From NCBI GenBank assembly GCA_963702005.1, contig OY969696.1, positions 1,408,001-1,472,000 of the forward strand: 64,000 nucleotides of DNA, given 5' to 3'. Positions 9,635-20,646 of this stretch are shown piece by piece (the stretch's first letter is position 1; each line of letters begins with the position of its first letter). The translations under genes were made by a program, and so were the position numbers. The notes beneath the pieces are model-generated. The model worked only from the letters and a program-made list of their open reading frames with translations. It was not told the DNA's origin and searched no databases. Source of the stretch: Candidatus Aminicenantes bacterium (GTDB lineage Bacteria; Acidobacteriota; Aminicenantia; Aminicenantales; JAFGBC01).

Positions 9635-10980
9635 TGGCCGACGACGCCGAGTTGACGCCCCGCCAGATCGTCGCCGAACTCGACAAGTACATCATCGGCC
9701 AGCAAGCCGCTAAGAAGGCCGTCGCGATCGCCCTCCGCAACCGGTTCCGCCGCCGCAAGCTCCCCGCCGAGCTCGCCGACGAAATCGCCCCCAAGAACAT
9801 CCTGATGATCGGGCCGACCGGAGTCGGTAAGACCGAGATCTCGCGCCGGCTGGCCAAGCTGACGTCTTCGCCTTTCCTCAAGATCGAGGCCAGCAAGTTC
9901 ACCGAGGTCGGCTATGTCGGCCGCGATGTCGAGTCCATGATCCGGGACTTGGTCCGGATCGCCGTCGACATGGTCAAGGCCGAGAAGATCGAGGAGATCA
10001 ATGAGAAGGCCGTCCGGAACGTCGAGGAGAAGCTCCTCGACCTTCTTCTCCCCGGCAAGAGGCGGGACGGCGGGCTGGCCGAGACCGAGCCGGATCACTT
10101 CCAGGACACCCGGGAGAAGCTTCGCAAGCAGCTCCGCGAGGGCTTCCTCGAGGAGCGGATCGTCGAGGTCGAGGTCAAGGAGAAGTCGACGGCCCCCCTC
10201 GAGATCATCTCCAACAGCGGCATGGAGGAGATCGGAATCCAGATGCAGGAGCTCATCCCCGGCTTTCTGGGCGGCAAGACCAAGAAACGGAAGTTCAAGG
10301 TCAAGGAAGCCCGGGAAGTCCTGCTCGAGGATGAGCAGAAGCGGCTCATCGACATGGACCAGGTCGCCCGGCTGGCCATCGAGCGGGTCGAGCACAGCGG
10401 CATCATCTTCCTGGACGAGGTCGATAAGATAGCCGGCCGCGAGTCGGGCCGCGGGCCCGAGGTCAGCCGAGAGGGCGTCCAGCGCGACCTGCTGCCGATC
10501 ATCGAGGGGACGACCGTCAACTCCCGCTACGGCCTGGTCCGGACCGACCACATCCTGTTCATCGGCGCCGGCGCTTTCCATGTCTCCAAGCCGGCCGACC
10601 TCATACCCGAGCTCCAAGGCCGGTTCCCGATCCGGGTCGAGCTGACTCCGCTCGACAAGGGCGATTTCATCCGGATTCTGACCGAACCCGAAAACGCCCT
10701 CATCAAGCAGTACGAGGCCCTGATGGCCACCGAGGGCGTCCGGGTCAAGTTCAGCCAGGACGCCATCGACGAGATCGCCGACACGGCTGAGAAGGTCAAC
10801 GAAGACGCCGAGAACATCGGCGCCCGCCGGCTCCATACGATCATGGAGAAGGTCATGGAGGAGATTTCCTTCGAGGCCCCCAATATCAAGCTTAAGGACA
10901 TCCGCATCGACCGCGATTATGTCCGCGACCAGCTCAAGGACATCATGAAGGATCAAGACCTGAGGCGCTTTATCCTCTGA
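9634..10980 (+). CDS. hslU: ATP-dependent protease ATPase subunit HslU
   Basis: [20 protein letters not shown] pore loop, GARRL, C-terminal RFIL. Confidence 0.97.
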   Translation: MADDAELTPRQIVAELDKYIIGQQAAKKAVAIALRNRFRRRKLPAELADEIAPKNILMIGPTGVGKTEISRRLAKLTSSPFLKIEASKFTEVGYVGRDVESMIRDLVRIAVDMVKAEKIEEINEKAVRNVEEKLLDLLLPGKRRDGGLAETEPDHFQDTREKLRKQLREGFLEERIVEVEVKEKSTAPLEIISNSGMEEIGIQMQELIPGFLGGKTKKRKFKVKEAREVLLEDEQKRLIDMDQVARLAIERVEHSGIIFLDEVDKIAGRESGRGPEVSREGVQRDLLPIIEGTTVNSRYGLVRTDHILFIGAGAFHVSKPADLIPELQGRFPIRVELTPLDKGDFIRILTEPENALIKQYEALMATEGVRVKFSQDAIDEIADTAEKVNEDAENIGARRLHTIMEKVMEEISFEAPNIKLKDIRIDRDYVRDQLKDIMKDQDLRRFIL

Positions 10981-12371
10981 TGACTCGACGCGCGTTCCTG
11001 TTCCTCCTCGCTTTCGGGATACTCCTTGCCCCGGGCTGCGGGAAAAAAGGTCCGGTCCAGGCTCCCCTCATCCGGATCCCTCAGAAGGTCGAGGATTTCA
11101 AGGCCTTCCAGAGAGGGGACAAGCTCCGCCTCGAATGGAAGCTGCCCGTGACCTATTCCGACGGGACCCCTTTTTCCAAGCCGGTCGAGGTCGAAATCTG
11201 GCTGGTCAAGGAAGAGCCCCCGGCTCTTCCGCTGCCCCCTGCCGGGAAGGAACAGGCCGCGAAAAAGCCGGAGACGGCCGCCTCAAAACCCGCCCAAGCG
11301 GAGGAAAAGGCGCCGGCCCCCGTCGCGGCGATCCCTACGCCGGAAATAAAACAGGCCCAAACCGAGACGCCTCCGGCGGCGCCGCCCGAAAAGGCTCCCG
11401 CTCAAGCCCAAGCCGCGGCGGCCCAGACCGAAAAGACTCAAGCGCAGGCCGCTCAAACGACGACGACTCAAGCGGCTCCGGCGCCCGTCCAAACCCTGGA
11501 AAGCCCGGAGGGTGTTTCGGTCTCGGGCGAAATGCCCTTGGAGATGTTCAAGGACAAGGCGGTCTTGGCCTCGAGCGTCCCGACGGATTTCCTGGCCCAG
11601 CCGCCCAAGGCGCCGGAGTTAGCCTCTCTCTCCCAGTCCTACGAGTATGCCCTGGACCTCGGCCAACTCAAGAGCCGCTACACGTTCGCCGTCTGCGTCA
11701 AAGACCACCGTAAAAAATATTCGGACTATTCGTCGAGGATCACGCTCGCCCCCAAGATCATGACCCAGCCCCCGAGGAACCTGAAGGCGACCCTTTATCC
11801 GGAGAAGATCGTTTTGTCCTGGGAGCCGCCCGCCGCTAATATCGACTCTTCGCCGTCGGTTGCGGTTCCCGGCTATTCCGTTTTCAGATCCCGAGGGAGC
11901 GACCTCCCCGAGATCATGAACAAATGGAGCCTGGTGAAAGAGACGGAATTCGTGGACCGGGAGTTCGAATTCGGCGTGATCTACCGCTATACGGTCCGGG
12001 CCGCGCTCAACGAAGCCCCTCCGCGCCTGGAGAGCGCCGATTCTCCGGTCGTTGAGATCACGCCCAAGGACACCTTTCCGCCCGCGGCGCCCTCGGGCCT
12101 CAAGACCATCGCCGGGGCGGGTTTCATCAGCCTGAGTTGGGAGAGCAACCAGGAAACGGACATGGCCGGCTATCGGGTCTGGCGGAGGACCCAGGCCGAG
12201 GAAGAGTTCCGGCTCCTGACCGAAGCGCCCATCCTGGAGACGAATTATAGCGACAGATCGGTCCAATCCGGAGTCCATTATTTGTACGCCCTTTCAGCCC
12301 TGGATAAAAGCGGAAACGAGAGCCGCAAAGCGAAAGCCGTCTCCGAGACGGCCCGGAGTCCGCGGCCGTGA
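10980..12371 (+). CDS. Lipoprotein with fibronectin type III domains and a Pro/Ala/Gln-rich linker
   Basis: Lipobox LAPGC followed by GKKGP; FN3 signatures (LSW...GY.V.R...Y.Y.V.A, DTFPPAAP, GNES). Confidence 0.8.
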   Translation: MTRRAFLFLLAFGILLAPGCGKKGPVQAPLIRIPQKVEDFKAFQRGDKLRLEWKLPVTYSDGTPFSKPVEVEIWLVKEEPPALPLPPAGKEQAAKKPETAASKPAQAEEKAPAPVAAIPTPEIKQAQTETPPAAPPEKAPAQAQAAAAQTEKTQAQAAQTTTTQAAPAPVQTLESPEGVSVSGEMPLEMFKDKAVLASSVPTDFLAQPPKAPELASLSQSYEYALDLGQLKSRYTFAVCVKDHRKKYSDYSSRITLAPKIMTQPPRNLKATLYPEKIVLSWEPPAANIDSSPSVAVPGYSVFRSRGSDLPEIMNKWSLVKETEFVDREFEFGVIYRYTVRAALNEAPPRLESADSPVVEITPKDTFPPAAPSGLKTIAGAGFISLSWESNQETDMAGYRVWRRTQAEEEFRLLTEAPILETNYSDRSVQSGVHYLYALSALDKSGNESRKAKAVSETARSPRP

Positions 12372-13138
12372 AGATTTACCGCTTCGAACGGGCCGGGATC
12401 GTGTCCTACGGCCTTCTCGATGAGGACCTCCTCCGGGTCGTCCGCGGCTCGATCAGCGAGGGCTTCGAGTCCGGACCCGAGGCGGTTCCGATCGGCGAGG
12501 TTCGCATCCTGGCGCCGACCCTTCCCTCCAAGATCGTGGCCGTCGGCGTCAACTATAAAGCCCATGCCCTCGAGCGCGGCCGCGGCCTTCCTTCCGAACC
12601 GCTCCTCTTCCTCAAGCCGCCCAGTGCGCTCATCGGGCCCGGCGACGCCATCGTCCATCCTCCCATGTCCGCACGGGTCGACTTCGAGGGCGAGCTGGCC
12701 CTGGTCATCCGGAAGACGGCCGCCCGCCTCAAGGACGACGACCCCGTCGAGGATTACATCCTGGGCTACACCTGCTTCAACGATGTCACCGCCCGCGACC
12801 TCCAGGACAAAGACGTCCAATTTACGCGGGCCAAGTCGTTCGACACCTTCGCCGCGGCCGGCCCCTGCATCGCCACGGGCCTCGACCCCGGTCGCCTCGC
12901 CCTCAAGACGTTCGTCAACGGCAAGCTTCGGCAGTCCGGGCACACCTCCGACCTGATCTTCCCCGTGCCGGTCCTCGTCCGGTTTATCTCCCGGATCATG
13001 ACCCTTCTGCCCGGCGATATCATCACGACCGGGACTCCCTCCGGGATAGGTCCGCTGGCGCCCGGGGACCGCGTCGACGTCCAAATCGAGGGGATCGGAA
13101 CCCTGTCCAATCACGTTATTATGGGAGAAGGAGGCTGA
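12368..13138 (+). CDS. Fumarylacetoacetate hydrolase family protein
   Basis: [37 protein letters not shown] motifs. Confidence 0.92.
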   Translation: MKIYRFERAGIVSYGLLDEDLLRVVRGSISEGFESGPEAVPIGEVRILAPTLPSKIVAVGVNYKAHALERGRGLPSEPLLFLKPPSALIGPGDAIVHPPMSARVDFEGELALVIRKTAARLKDDDPVEDYILGYTCFNDVTARDLQDKDVQFTRAKSFDTFAAAGPCIATGLDPGRLALKTFVNGKLRQSGHTSDLIFPVPVLVRFISRIMTLLPGDIITTGTPSGIGPLAPGDRVDVQIEGIGTLSNHVIMGEGG

Positions 13139-13139
13139 G

Positions 13140-13784
13140 ATGAAGTTCTTCCTGGATACGGCCAATCTCGAAGAGATCAAGGCGGTCGCCGCCTGGGGGA
13201 TTCTGGACGGCGTCACCACGAATCCGTCGCTCGTTTCCAAGGAGAGCCGGCCGTTCAAGGACCTCATCGCGGAGATCAGCCGGATCGTGCCCGGTCCCAT
13301 CAGCGTCGAGTGCGTTTCGACCGAAGCCGGCGCCATCGTCCGGGAGGCCAAGGCTCTGGCCGGGATCGCGCCCAACGTCGTCATCAAGATCCCGATCGGA
13401 GTCGAGGGGCTCAAGGCCACCAAGGCCCTGGCCCGGGACGGCGTCAAAGTCAACATGACCCTCATCTTTTCGTCGGGACAAGCCCTCCTGGCGGCCAAGG
13501 CCGGCGCCGCCTACGTCAGCCCCTTCATCGGCCGGCTCGACGACGTCTCCCAGGATGGGATGGAGCTCATCGAGGAAATCGCGGCCATCTACGGCAATTA
13601 CGACTATACGACCGAGATCATCGTCGCCAGCATCCGCCATCCCCGCCACGTCATCGAAGCCGCCCTTATCGGCGCCGACATCGCCACGATCCCCTTCGCG
13701 GTCATGGAAAAACTCGTCCAGCACCCGTTGACCGACATCGGGATCGCCAAGTTTCTCAAGGATTGGGGGAAGGTCAAATCCTGA
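13140..13784 (+). CDS. fsa: Fructose-6-phosphate aldolase/transaldolase (TalC type)
   Basis: [34 protein letters not shown] motifs. Confidence 0.93.
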   Translation: MKFFLDTANLEEIKAVAAWGILDGVTTNPSLVSKESRPFKDLIAEISRIVPGPISVECVSTEAGAIVREAKALAGIAPNVVIKIPIGVEGLKATKALARDGVKVNMTLIFSSGQALLAAKAGAAYVSPFIGRLDDVSQDGMELIEEIAAIYGNYDYTTEIIVASIRHPRHVIEAALIGADIATIPFAVMEKLVQHPLTDIGIAKFLKDWGKVKS

Positions 13785-13794
13785 CCGAGCGCTC

Positions 13795-16700
13795 ATGGCC
13801 TCATGGCGGAAGCTCAGACCGATCGCGGCCGTCCTGGTCGTCGGAGGGCTCATCCTGGCCGCGGGACAATTTGCGAAGTCCTATTTCCTGAGCCAAGTCC
13901 GCCGCAGGGTTGAAGCGTCCTTTCTTTTCGACGAGCTCCGGGTGTCCTTTTTCCCGCCCGCCCTGGTCCTCAAGAACGTCCGGACCAAGCCGCCCTCGGA
14001 GGTCTTCGCGGCCCGGGCCGTGGCCGTTCAGATTTCCTACCTCTCCCTGCTCAAGAGGGACAAGCCCCTCGTCGTTTTCATGGACGGGCCCGTCCTGTCT
14101 TTGGATGATGCCATCTGGCGCTCCGCCGGGAAGAAGCGGCGCCCCCTGTTTCCGCTGCCCTTTTCCATCGAGCGCGGCCTCGTCAAGGACGGCAGGATTA
14201 TCTTTAAAAATAAGGATCTGATCCTGGACCTCCGGAAATTCAGGGCCGTCCTGAAGCAGAAAGGGAGCTCATTCTCCTGCCGCGGCGACTGGGAGGATTC
14301 CCTTCTCAGGGTCGTCGCGTCCGGCCGCGAGCTGGCCGGAGCGGGAAGCCTGTCCCTGTACGGAGAGGGCGAGGAGATCAACGTCAAGAAGTTGGCCCTG
14401 TCCGGGACCGAGCTGAGCCTGAACGCGAAAGGCCGGATCGTCGGCCTAAACGACCCAAAGCTCCGTCTGAAAGTCTTCGTCCGCCTCCCCGCGGACGTTC
14501 CGGCCCGGATCATCGGCCTCCCCTTTGTCTGGAGCGGCCGCATCGAAGGAAAGGGCGATCTCCTCCGGGACGCCAAGGGCTTTTTCTGCAGAGCGGCCCT
14601 TGCCAGCCGGGACCTCGTCCTCAACCGGGTGCCGCTCGGGCGCGTCTCGGGGAATCTCGAGGTCGGGCCCAAGCTGACCGGCCGGGTCGAGGTCAATATC
14701 CTCAGCCGGGAATCGCGCCTCGAGTTCGCCGCCATCGACTTCGAGGGAGACCGTGTCCGGGGCATCGTCCGCAACTTCGGGCTCGAACCCATCGTAAGCG
14801 GGTTCGACATCCCCTGGCCGGTCCGGTCGCCGTTCTGGGGCTCCTTTAATGCCATCTCCCAAAGGGTCACCGCCGACGGGGAATTCAGGGATGAGATCCA
14901 GAAGCCGACCGGATCGCGCTTCCATTTCAACGGGCCGGTCAGCTTGACCTGGGACGGAAAGGAGACGCTCCTCTTCTCCACCCCCGAGATTCGCTCCAGC
15001 TTCGCCGTCGTCAAGGCCAAAGGCCGCTTGAACGTCCTTAAGGATTGCGATATCGAGATCGGCGGCGACGTCCTGGATGTCCGCCAGACCCGGCGCTTTC
15101 TCTCGCTCATCCTGCGCCAGACCTGGACTTTTCCCGACATCCGCGGCCGCGGCAAGGCCCGGGTCCGGATCACGGGCCGGTCCGCGCTTCCCCGCGTCGA
15201 CGCCGAGGTGGACCTGGCGCCGGGGGGCTTCGACAAGTTCAACGCCCGGTCCGTGACCGGAACGGCCCAGGTCCTCGGCTACCGCTTCCAGGGCCGGTTC
15301 GCCGTCAAGGATCCCCAGTTCGAGGGCGAGGTCACCGTCGACGCCGACGCCGAGAAATATAGCACCCGGCTTCGGGCCGACCGGGCCAGGGTCGAAACGG
15401 TCCTGGCCGGGCTCGAGATCCCGCTCCCGCTCAAGGGGGAAGCTCGAGGGACCTTCGACATCTCCCAGAAGATCAGCGACCCGGACGTGACCGCCGACGG
15501 GGATTTCACGGCGACCGAATTGTCGTTCCTGGATCAAAAGCTCAGCGACGTTTCGGGGCGGTTGGGCTGGGCGAACGGGACTCTGTCCTTGAAAGGCCTG
15601 CGCTTCGCCGTCTGTCGCGGCGAAGTCCAAGGAGACGCTCGGCTGGGAATCCTGGATCACGGCTTCGACCTCGACATCAAGGGCCGGGGGATCGATCTCG
15701 CCGCCTTCGCCCCCAAGCTCCAGGGCCGGCTCCGCTTCGACTGCAAGGGCAAAGGAACCTTCGGGACGGAAACGGCGCCCGGGACGTTCGCCCTCGAAGA
15801 TGTCCTCATCGATCCCTTTCCAAAGACGCGGGCCGCGGGCGGCCTCGAAGTCAACTACGATTTCTCCGCCAACGTCCTGGGCCTCAAGGTCAAGGGCAAC
15901 GTTGAGCCCGGGGCCAATGATTTCGACGCCGAATGCCGCATCCCCTTCGACCAGCGCCCCGTCGACATCAACCTCAAGGGGTCGTTCAGCAACCTCGAGC
16001 TCCTCGTCCCCTTCAAGGGCGCCCAGGGGAAGGTCAATTATCTCGGCGAAGTCCGGGCCGAGAAGGGGGGGCCCGGGTCCGGGGCGTCGTCGATTTCCAG
16101 GGTCCGGTCTTCCCGATTCCCTATTTCGCCCACGCCGTCAACGACTATTCCGGGCTCGTCTTCGTCGAGAACGAGCGCCTCATCGTCCGCTCCCTGCGCG
16201 GGACTCTCGGCGGCGGCGTCGTCCAGGGCTCGGGCGAGATCGGTCTCGGGGAAGGGAGCGTTGCCACGATCGACCTCCGGGCCGAGGCCCGCGACATGCT
16301 CGTCTCTCCCTTCGAGCGGACCAGGGGCCTCGCCGACGGCTCCGTCCACCTCGTCAAGAATCCGGGCCAGTTCCTTCTCGAGGGGACGTTCGACGTCAAG
16401 CGTTTGTCTTGGCGGAGGGAGGTCTACGAGGAAGTCACCTTCTCGACGGCCGAAGAGCTCGGACCCCGCCCGCCCGGCTTCTTCGACGACCTCAACCTCA
16501 ATCTCCGCTTCCGGTCGGCGGGCGACGCTTGGCTGGATAATTCTCTGGGCCGGGTCAACGGCCGCTTCGACCTGACCGTGATCGGGAGCGTCCGCTCGCC
16601 CATCCTGCTCGGCGACATCGAGGCCTTGGACGGAAGCGTCAACTTCCAGGACCGGACGTTCAAAATCCTCAAGGGACGGGTCAGCTTCCTCAACCCCCTC

Positions 16701-17210
16701 GTCGTCGAACCGACCATCGATATCAAGGGCGAGACCTACGTCAAGGACTATCGGGTCACGGTTTCGGTCGCAGGCTCGTTGGACCGGCTCAAAACCGAGT
16801 TCAGCTCATCGCCGCCGCTGCCGCCCGAGGACGTCCTGGCCCTGCTGGCCTTGGGCGAAGCCTTCCGGCGGACCTATTCCTACGACCGGAGCACCCAGCA
16901 GAGCACGGCCTCGCTCCTCTCTTTTCAACTCGCCGAGAAGGCCAAGCTGGGGACGCAGAAGCTCTTCGTTATCGACCGTTTCCGGATCGATCCCTTCATC
17001 ATGGGGACTTCGGCCGAGATGACGGCGCGGCTCTCGCTGGGGAAGAAAATTACTAAAAACCTGTTCATCCTCTATTCGACCAATCTCACCACCCAGCGCG
17101 AAGAGATCGTCCGGATCGAATGGGAGATGAGCAACGAGTTCTCGCTGGTGGGCATCCGGGACGAACTCGGCCGGGTCAGCTTCGACCTCAAGGTCAGGCG
17201 GAGGTTTTAG
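13795..17210 (+). pseudogene. tamB: TamB/AsmA-like translocation-assembly protein, split by a 1-nt frameshift near 16065-16073 (may be a sequencing error)
   Basis: N-terminal TM plus beta-taco-like sequence in ORF 13795; the TamB-like C-terminus (FSSSPPLP.EDVLALL, ...KVRRRF) is in ORF 15933-17210; the switch falls at the G7 run. Confidence 0.85.
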
Positions 17211-17213
17211 GGA

Positions 17214-19961
17214 ATGGGGATGAGGAGGACAACGGCCGCGATCCTGCTCCTGGCGGGGAGCGTTTCCATCCCGCGGGTCGTTCCTGGTGCGCCGCAGTCA
17301 GCGCAGCCGACCGTCCCCGTGGTCGCTTCGGTCGAGGTCCGGGTTGACGGACGGATTGCCGATCCGGACATCGCCGAACTCATTCCGATCCGGGCCGGCG
17401 AGGCGTTCTCGTTGAAGAGGATCACGAACGCGATCAAACAGGTCTACCTGACCGGACTTTTTGCCGACGTCCAGGTCCTCAAGGACGGGACGAACCGCAT
17501 CGCCCTGACCTTCCTGCTCGCCCGCAAGGTCGTCGTCGGCAGGATCTCCGTTACGGGAGACGAACGGATCCCCCAGAAAAGGATCCTGGCTCGGCTCGAA
17601 TCCCTCAAGCCGGGAGGGGAATTCAGCGAGGAAAAAAGCGGGCGGGCCGTCGAGGAGGTCAGGGCCGCCCTGGAGAGCGAAGGATTCTTTTCTTCCGACG
17701 TTCGCCTCCTGACCGAACGCGACCCGTTGTCCAACACGGCCGACGTCCGGTTTGAGGTCCGTTCCGCCCGGCGCTTTATGATCCAGCGGATCGATTTCAT
17801 CCCCCAGGGCGAACTCGTCCGGGACGACAAGCTCAAGGATCGGATGAAAAGCCGGGAGGGGAGCGAATTCGTCCCGGCCGTCCTCTCCGAGGACCTGGCG
17901 CGGATCAAGGCCTTTTACGTCGGGCGCGGCTACCAGCGGGCCGAGGTCGCCGTCGAGAATCAGGTCTTCGACCAGAAGAGCCGTCACATCCACTTGACCT
18001 TGAGGGTCGCGCTCAACGAACGGATCGAGATCGTCGTCAAGGGAGCCCGCGTGCCGGCCGACCTCGTCAAGCCCATCTGGGAGGAACGGATCTTCGAGGA
18101 ATGGGGCTTGAGCGAGGGCGAGGCCAGGATTGTGACTTATCTGCGGAGGAGGGGATATCTATTCGCGTCGGTCCGCTCCTCGATCGAACGGGACGGGAAC
18201 TTGATCCGGATCATCCATGATGTCGATCCCGGTCAGCGCTTCACGGTGACTCGGCTGTCCTTCGTCGGAGCCTCCTATTTCGGCGAACGGGGCATCAAAC
18301 GCGAGCTGGGCTTGAGCGAAACACTCTCCCTGTTCGGCGTCATCGAGGGAGACCGCCTGTTCGGCTTGCCCCGCGAGATCGAGCTTCTCTACCGGTCTCA
18401 AGGTTTCGCCAATCCCAAGGTCGCCTTCGACTTGACCCAGGAGGGGGCAAAGATCCGGGCCGTCTTCAAAATCGACGAGGGCCCCCAGCAGCGGGTCGAA
18501 AGCATCCTCATCGTCGGGGCCTCGCTTTTCAGCGCCGAGACCCTGCTCGTGACCATCAAAAGCCGGCGGGGCGGGCCCTATTTCGCCGCCAACATGCAGC
18601 GCGACATCGAGGAGATGGAGACTTTCTACCTCGACCAGGGAATCCGGGGGACCACGGTCGTGACCCGGGTCGAGGAACCCCGGCCCAACGCGTTCACCGT
18701 CCGTTTCGAGGTCGATGAGGGCCAGCAGGTCCGCATCGGCAAGATCCTCATCTCCGGAAACAGGATCACCCGGCGCAGGACCATCCAGCGCGAGATAAGA
18801 GTCGGCGAGGGCGAGCCGGCCCGCTATCGCTCCATCCAGGAGACGAAGCAGCGTCTCGAGAACCTGGGGATCTTTTCCGAGGTCAAGGTCGAAGAAGTCC
18901 CGGTCGGGCCGGGCCTCGAGAACCTCGTCGTCAGCGTCAGGGAGGGCGAGCTCAACTACGCAGGGCTCGGCGTCGGACTCGAAACCAAGAACGAGCCCAA
19001 GACCTTCGCCGTTTGGGACAACGTCATCCGGCCCCGCGGTACGGCCGAGTACATCCGGACGAACGTCTTCGGGACGGGCGCCCAGCTGAGCCTGGTCGGA
19101 CAGTTCAGCCTCAAGGAGAAACGGGCGGTCGCCTCCTGGGAGCAGCCCTATCTGTTCGGCCTTCGGCTCGAGACCTTCCTTAACGCCTGGATCGAGCGCG
19201 AGGAGCGGACGAGCTATGGATTCGAGCGGCGCGGCATCAGCCTGACCTCGATCAAGCCCTTGTCCAAGGAGTTCATGGTCCTGGGCACTCTTCGCTGGGA
19301 TCGGACCATTCTCTATTTTCTCGAGATCTCGGAGTCCGAGGTCGACCGCGAGCACGTTCCCTACTCGACGACCTCCCTGTCGACGAGTTTCATCTGGGAC
19401 CGGCGGGACGACAGCGCCAACCCGGTCCGGGGCTCTTTCCTGAGCGGGGCGGTCGACTGGGCCTACCCGCTGTTCAAGACGGAATCCGTCTACCTGAAAT
19501 CGTTTGTCAAATACCAGCATGTCGTCCGCATCCTAACGGATTTCGGCTTTCACCTGACGGGGCGGATGGGCTTGGGGATGGGCCGGATGCCGATCCACGA
19601 GCGGTTCTTCGGCGGGGGCAGCAATTCCTTCCGGGGCTGCGAATTCGAGAAGCTGGGGCCCAAGGATGCGTCCTCCGGTCTTCCGCTGGGAGGGAAAGCC
19701 CTCCTCCTCCTCAATTTCGAGCTGCGCTTTCCCCTGTTCACCTCGTTTCGCGACCTGAGCGGAGCGATCTTCCTGGACGCGGGAAACGTCTGGAACAATA
19801 GGAAGGAATTCAACCTGTTCGCCTTGGAGCGGGCCCTGGGCTTCGGTATCCGCTACCGGACGCCGCTCGGCCCGGTCCGCTTCGACCTGGCCTGGAACTT
19901 GGACGCGCCCGAGCGCAAAGGGAAGCCTCTGGCGTTCATCACGATCGGCAACGTGTTTTAA
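17214..19961 (+). CDS. Omp85 family outer-membrane assembly factor (BamA/TamA-like) with multiple POTRA domains
   Basis: Signal peptide, repeated POTRA patterns, RFFGGGSNSFRG, GFGIRYRTPLGPVRFD, terminal Phe; directly follows tamB. Confidence 0.9.
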   Translation: MGMRRTTAAILLLAGSVSIPRVVPGAPQSAQPTVPVVASVEVRVDGRIADPDIAELIPIRAGEAFSLKRITNAIKQVYLTGLFADVQVLKDGTNRIALTFLLARKVVVGRISVTGDERIPQKRILARLESLKPGGEFSEEKSGRAVEEVRAALESEGFFSSDVRLLTERDPLSNTADVRFEVRSARRFMIQRIDFIPQGELVRDDKLKDRMKSREGSEFVPAVLSEDLARIKAFYVGRGYQRAEVAVENQVFDQKSRHIHLTLRVALNERIEIVVKGARVPADLVKPIWEERIFEEWGLSEGEARIVTYLRRRGYLFASVRSSIERDGNLIRIIHDVDPGQRFTVTRLSFVGASYFGERGIKRELGLSETLSLFGVIEGDRLFGLPREIELLYRSQGFANPKVAFDLTQEGAKIRAVFKIDEGPQQRVESILIVGASLFSAETLLVTIKSRRGGPYFAANMQRDIEEMETFYLDQGIRGTTVVTRVEEPRPNAFTVRFEVDEGQQVRIGKILISGNRITRRRTIQREIRVGEGEPARYRSIQETKQRLENLGIFSEVKVEEVPVGPGLENLVVSVREGELNYAGLGVGLETKNEPKTFAVWDNVIRPRGTAEYIRTNVFGTGAQLSLVGQFSLKEKRAVASWEQPYLFGLRLETFLNAWIEREERTSYGFERRGISLTSIKPLSKEFMVLGTLRWDRTILYFLEISESEVDREHVPYSTTSLSTSFIWDRRDDSANPVRGSFLSGAVDWAYPLFKTESVYLKSFVKYQHVVRILTDFGFHLTGRMGLGMGRMPIHERFFGGGSNSFRGCEFEKLGPKDASSGLPLGGKALLLLNFELRFPLFTSFRDLSGAIFLDAGNVWNNRKEFNLFALERALGFGIRYRTPLGPVRFDLAWNLDAPERKGKPLAFITIGNVF

Positions 19962-19962
19962 A

Positions 19963-20643
19963 ATGAGAAAAGGACGGTCTCTTCCGTTTCGAGCCGGCGC
20001 GCCGGCCGCCGCCGTCCTCGTTCTTTGCCTCGCCGCGCCGGCCGGCGAGATCGTCGACTGCCTGGCGGCCGTCGTCAACGGCCAGCCCGTGACGCTGACC
20101 GATGTCCGGATCGTCGACGCCTTCGGGCTTTACCGCGAGGAGCTCCCGGCCGCCCCCGGCGACCGGCTCTTCCGAATCCTGGAGAGGATCGTCGACCAGA
20201 AGGCCGTCATCCAATTCGCCGGGGGAAGCGTCTCCATCCCCGAGGCCGAGATCCAATCGGCTCTGCGCAATCTCCTCGATGAGATCGGCCCGGACGCCGT
20301 TCAAGAGAAGCTCCAGACTTTCGACATCGACCTCGACGATGTCATGAGAATCCTCCAGGAGAAATTCGTATTCCAAAGGATCATCGAGCTGAGGTTCAGC
20401 CGGAGTGTCACGGTCAGCCTCCAGGAAATAGAGGACTATTATCAACGCGTTTATGCATCCGATCAAACCCGGAAAGGACTTCAGCCCGAGCCGATGATCG
20501 CCCTTCTCCAAGACATCGAAGCCCGGATCCGCCAGGAGAAGATCGACGCCCAGGCCGCGCTCTGGATCCGGAATCTGCGCGGCCAGGCCGAAATCGAGTT
20601 CCGCTATGACTGGATGAGACAAATCTTCCGCAACAAGGAGTGA
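19963..20643 (+). CDS. SurA N-terminal-like periplasmic chaperone with no visible PPIase domain
   Basis: EIVD.LAAVVNGQPVTLTDV, ...LRGQAEI; follows the Omp85 gene. Confidence 0.75.
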   Translation: MRKGRSLPFRAGAPAAAVLVLCLAAPAGEIVDCLAAVVNGQPVTLTDVRIVDAFGLYREELPAAPGDRLFRILERIVDQKAVIQFAGGSVSIPEAEIQSALRNLLDEIGPDAVQEKLQTFDIDLDDVMRILQEKFVFQRIIELRFSRSVTVSLQEIEDYYQRVYASDQTRKGLQPEPMIALLQDIEARIRQEKIDAQAALWIRNLRGQAEIEFRYDWMRQIFRNKE

Positions 20644-20646
20644 AGG

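Noticed and set aside
16075-16575. Ser/Pro/Arg-rich tail of ORF 13795-16575 as a real domain
   Set aside because: It is out-of-frame read-through after the tamB frameshift; the true coding frame there is ORF 15933-17210.
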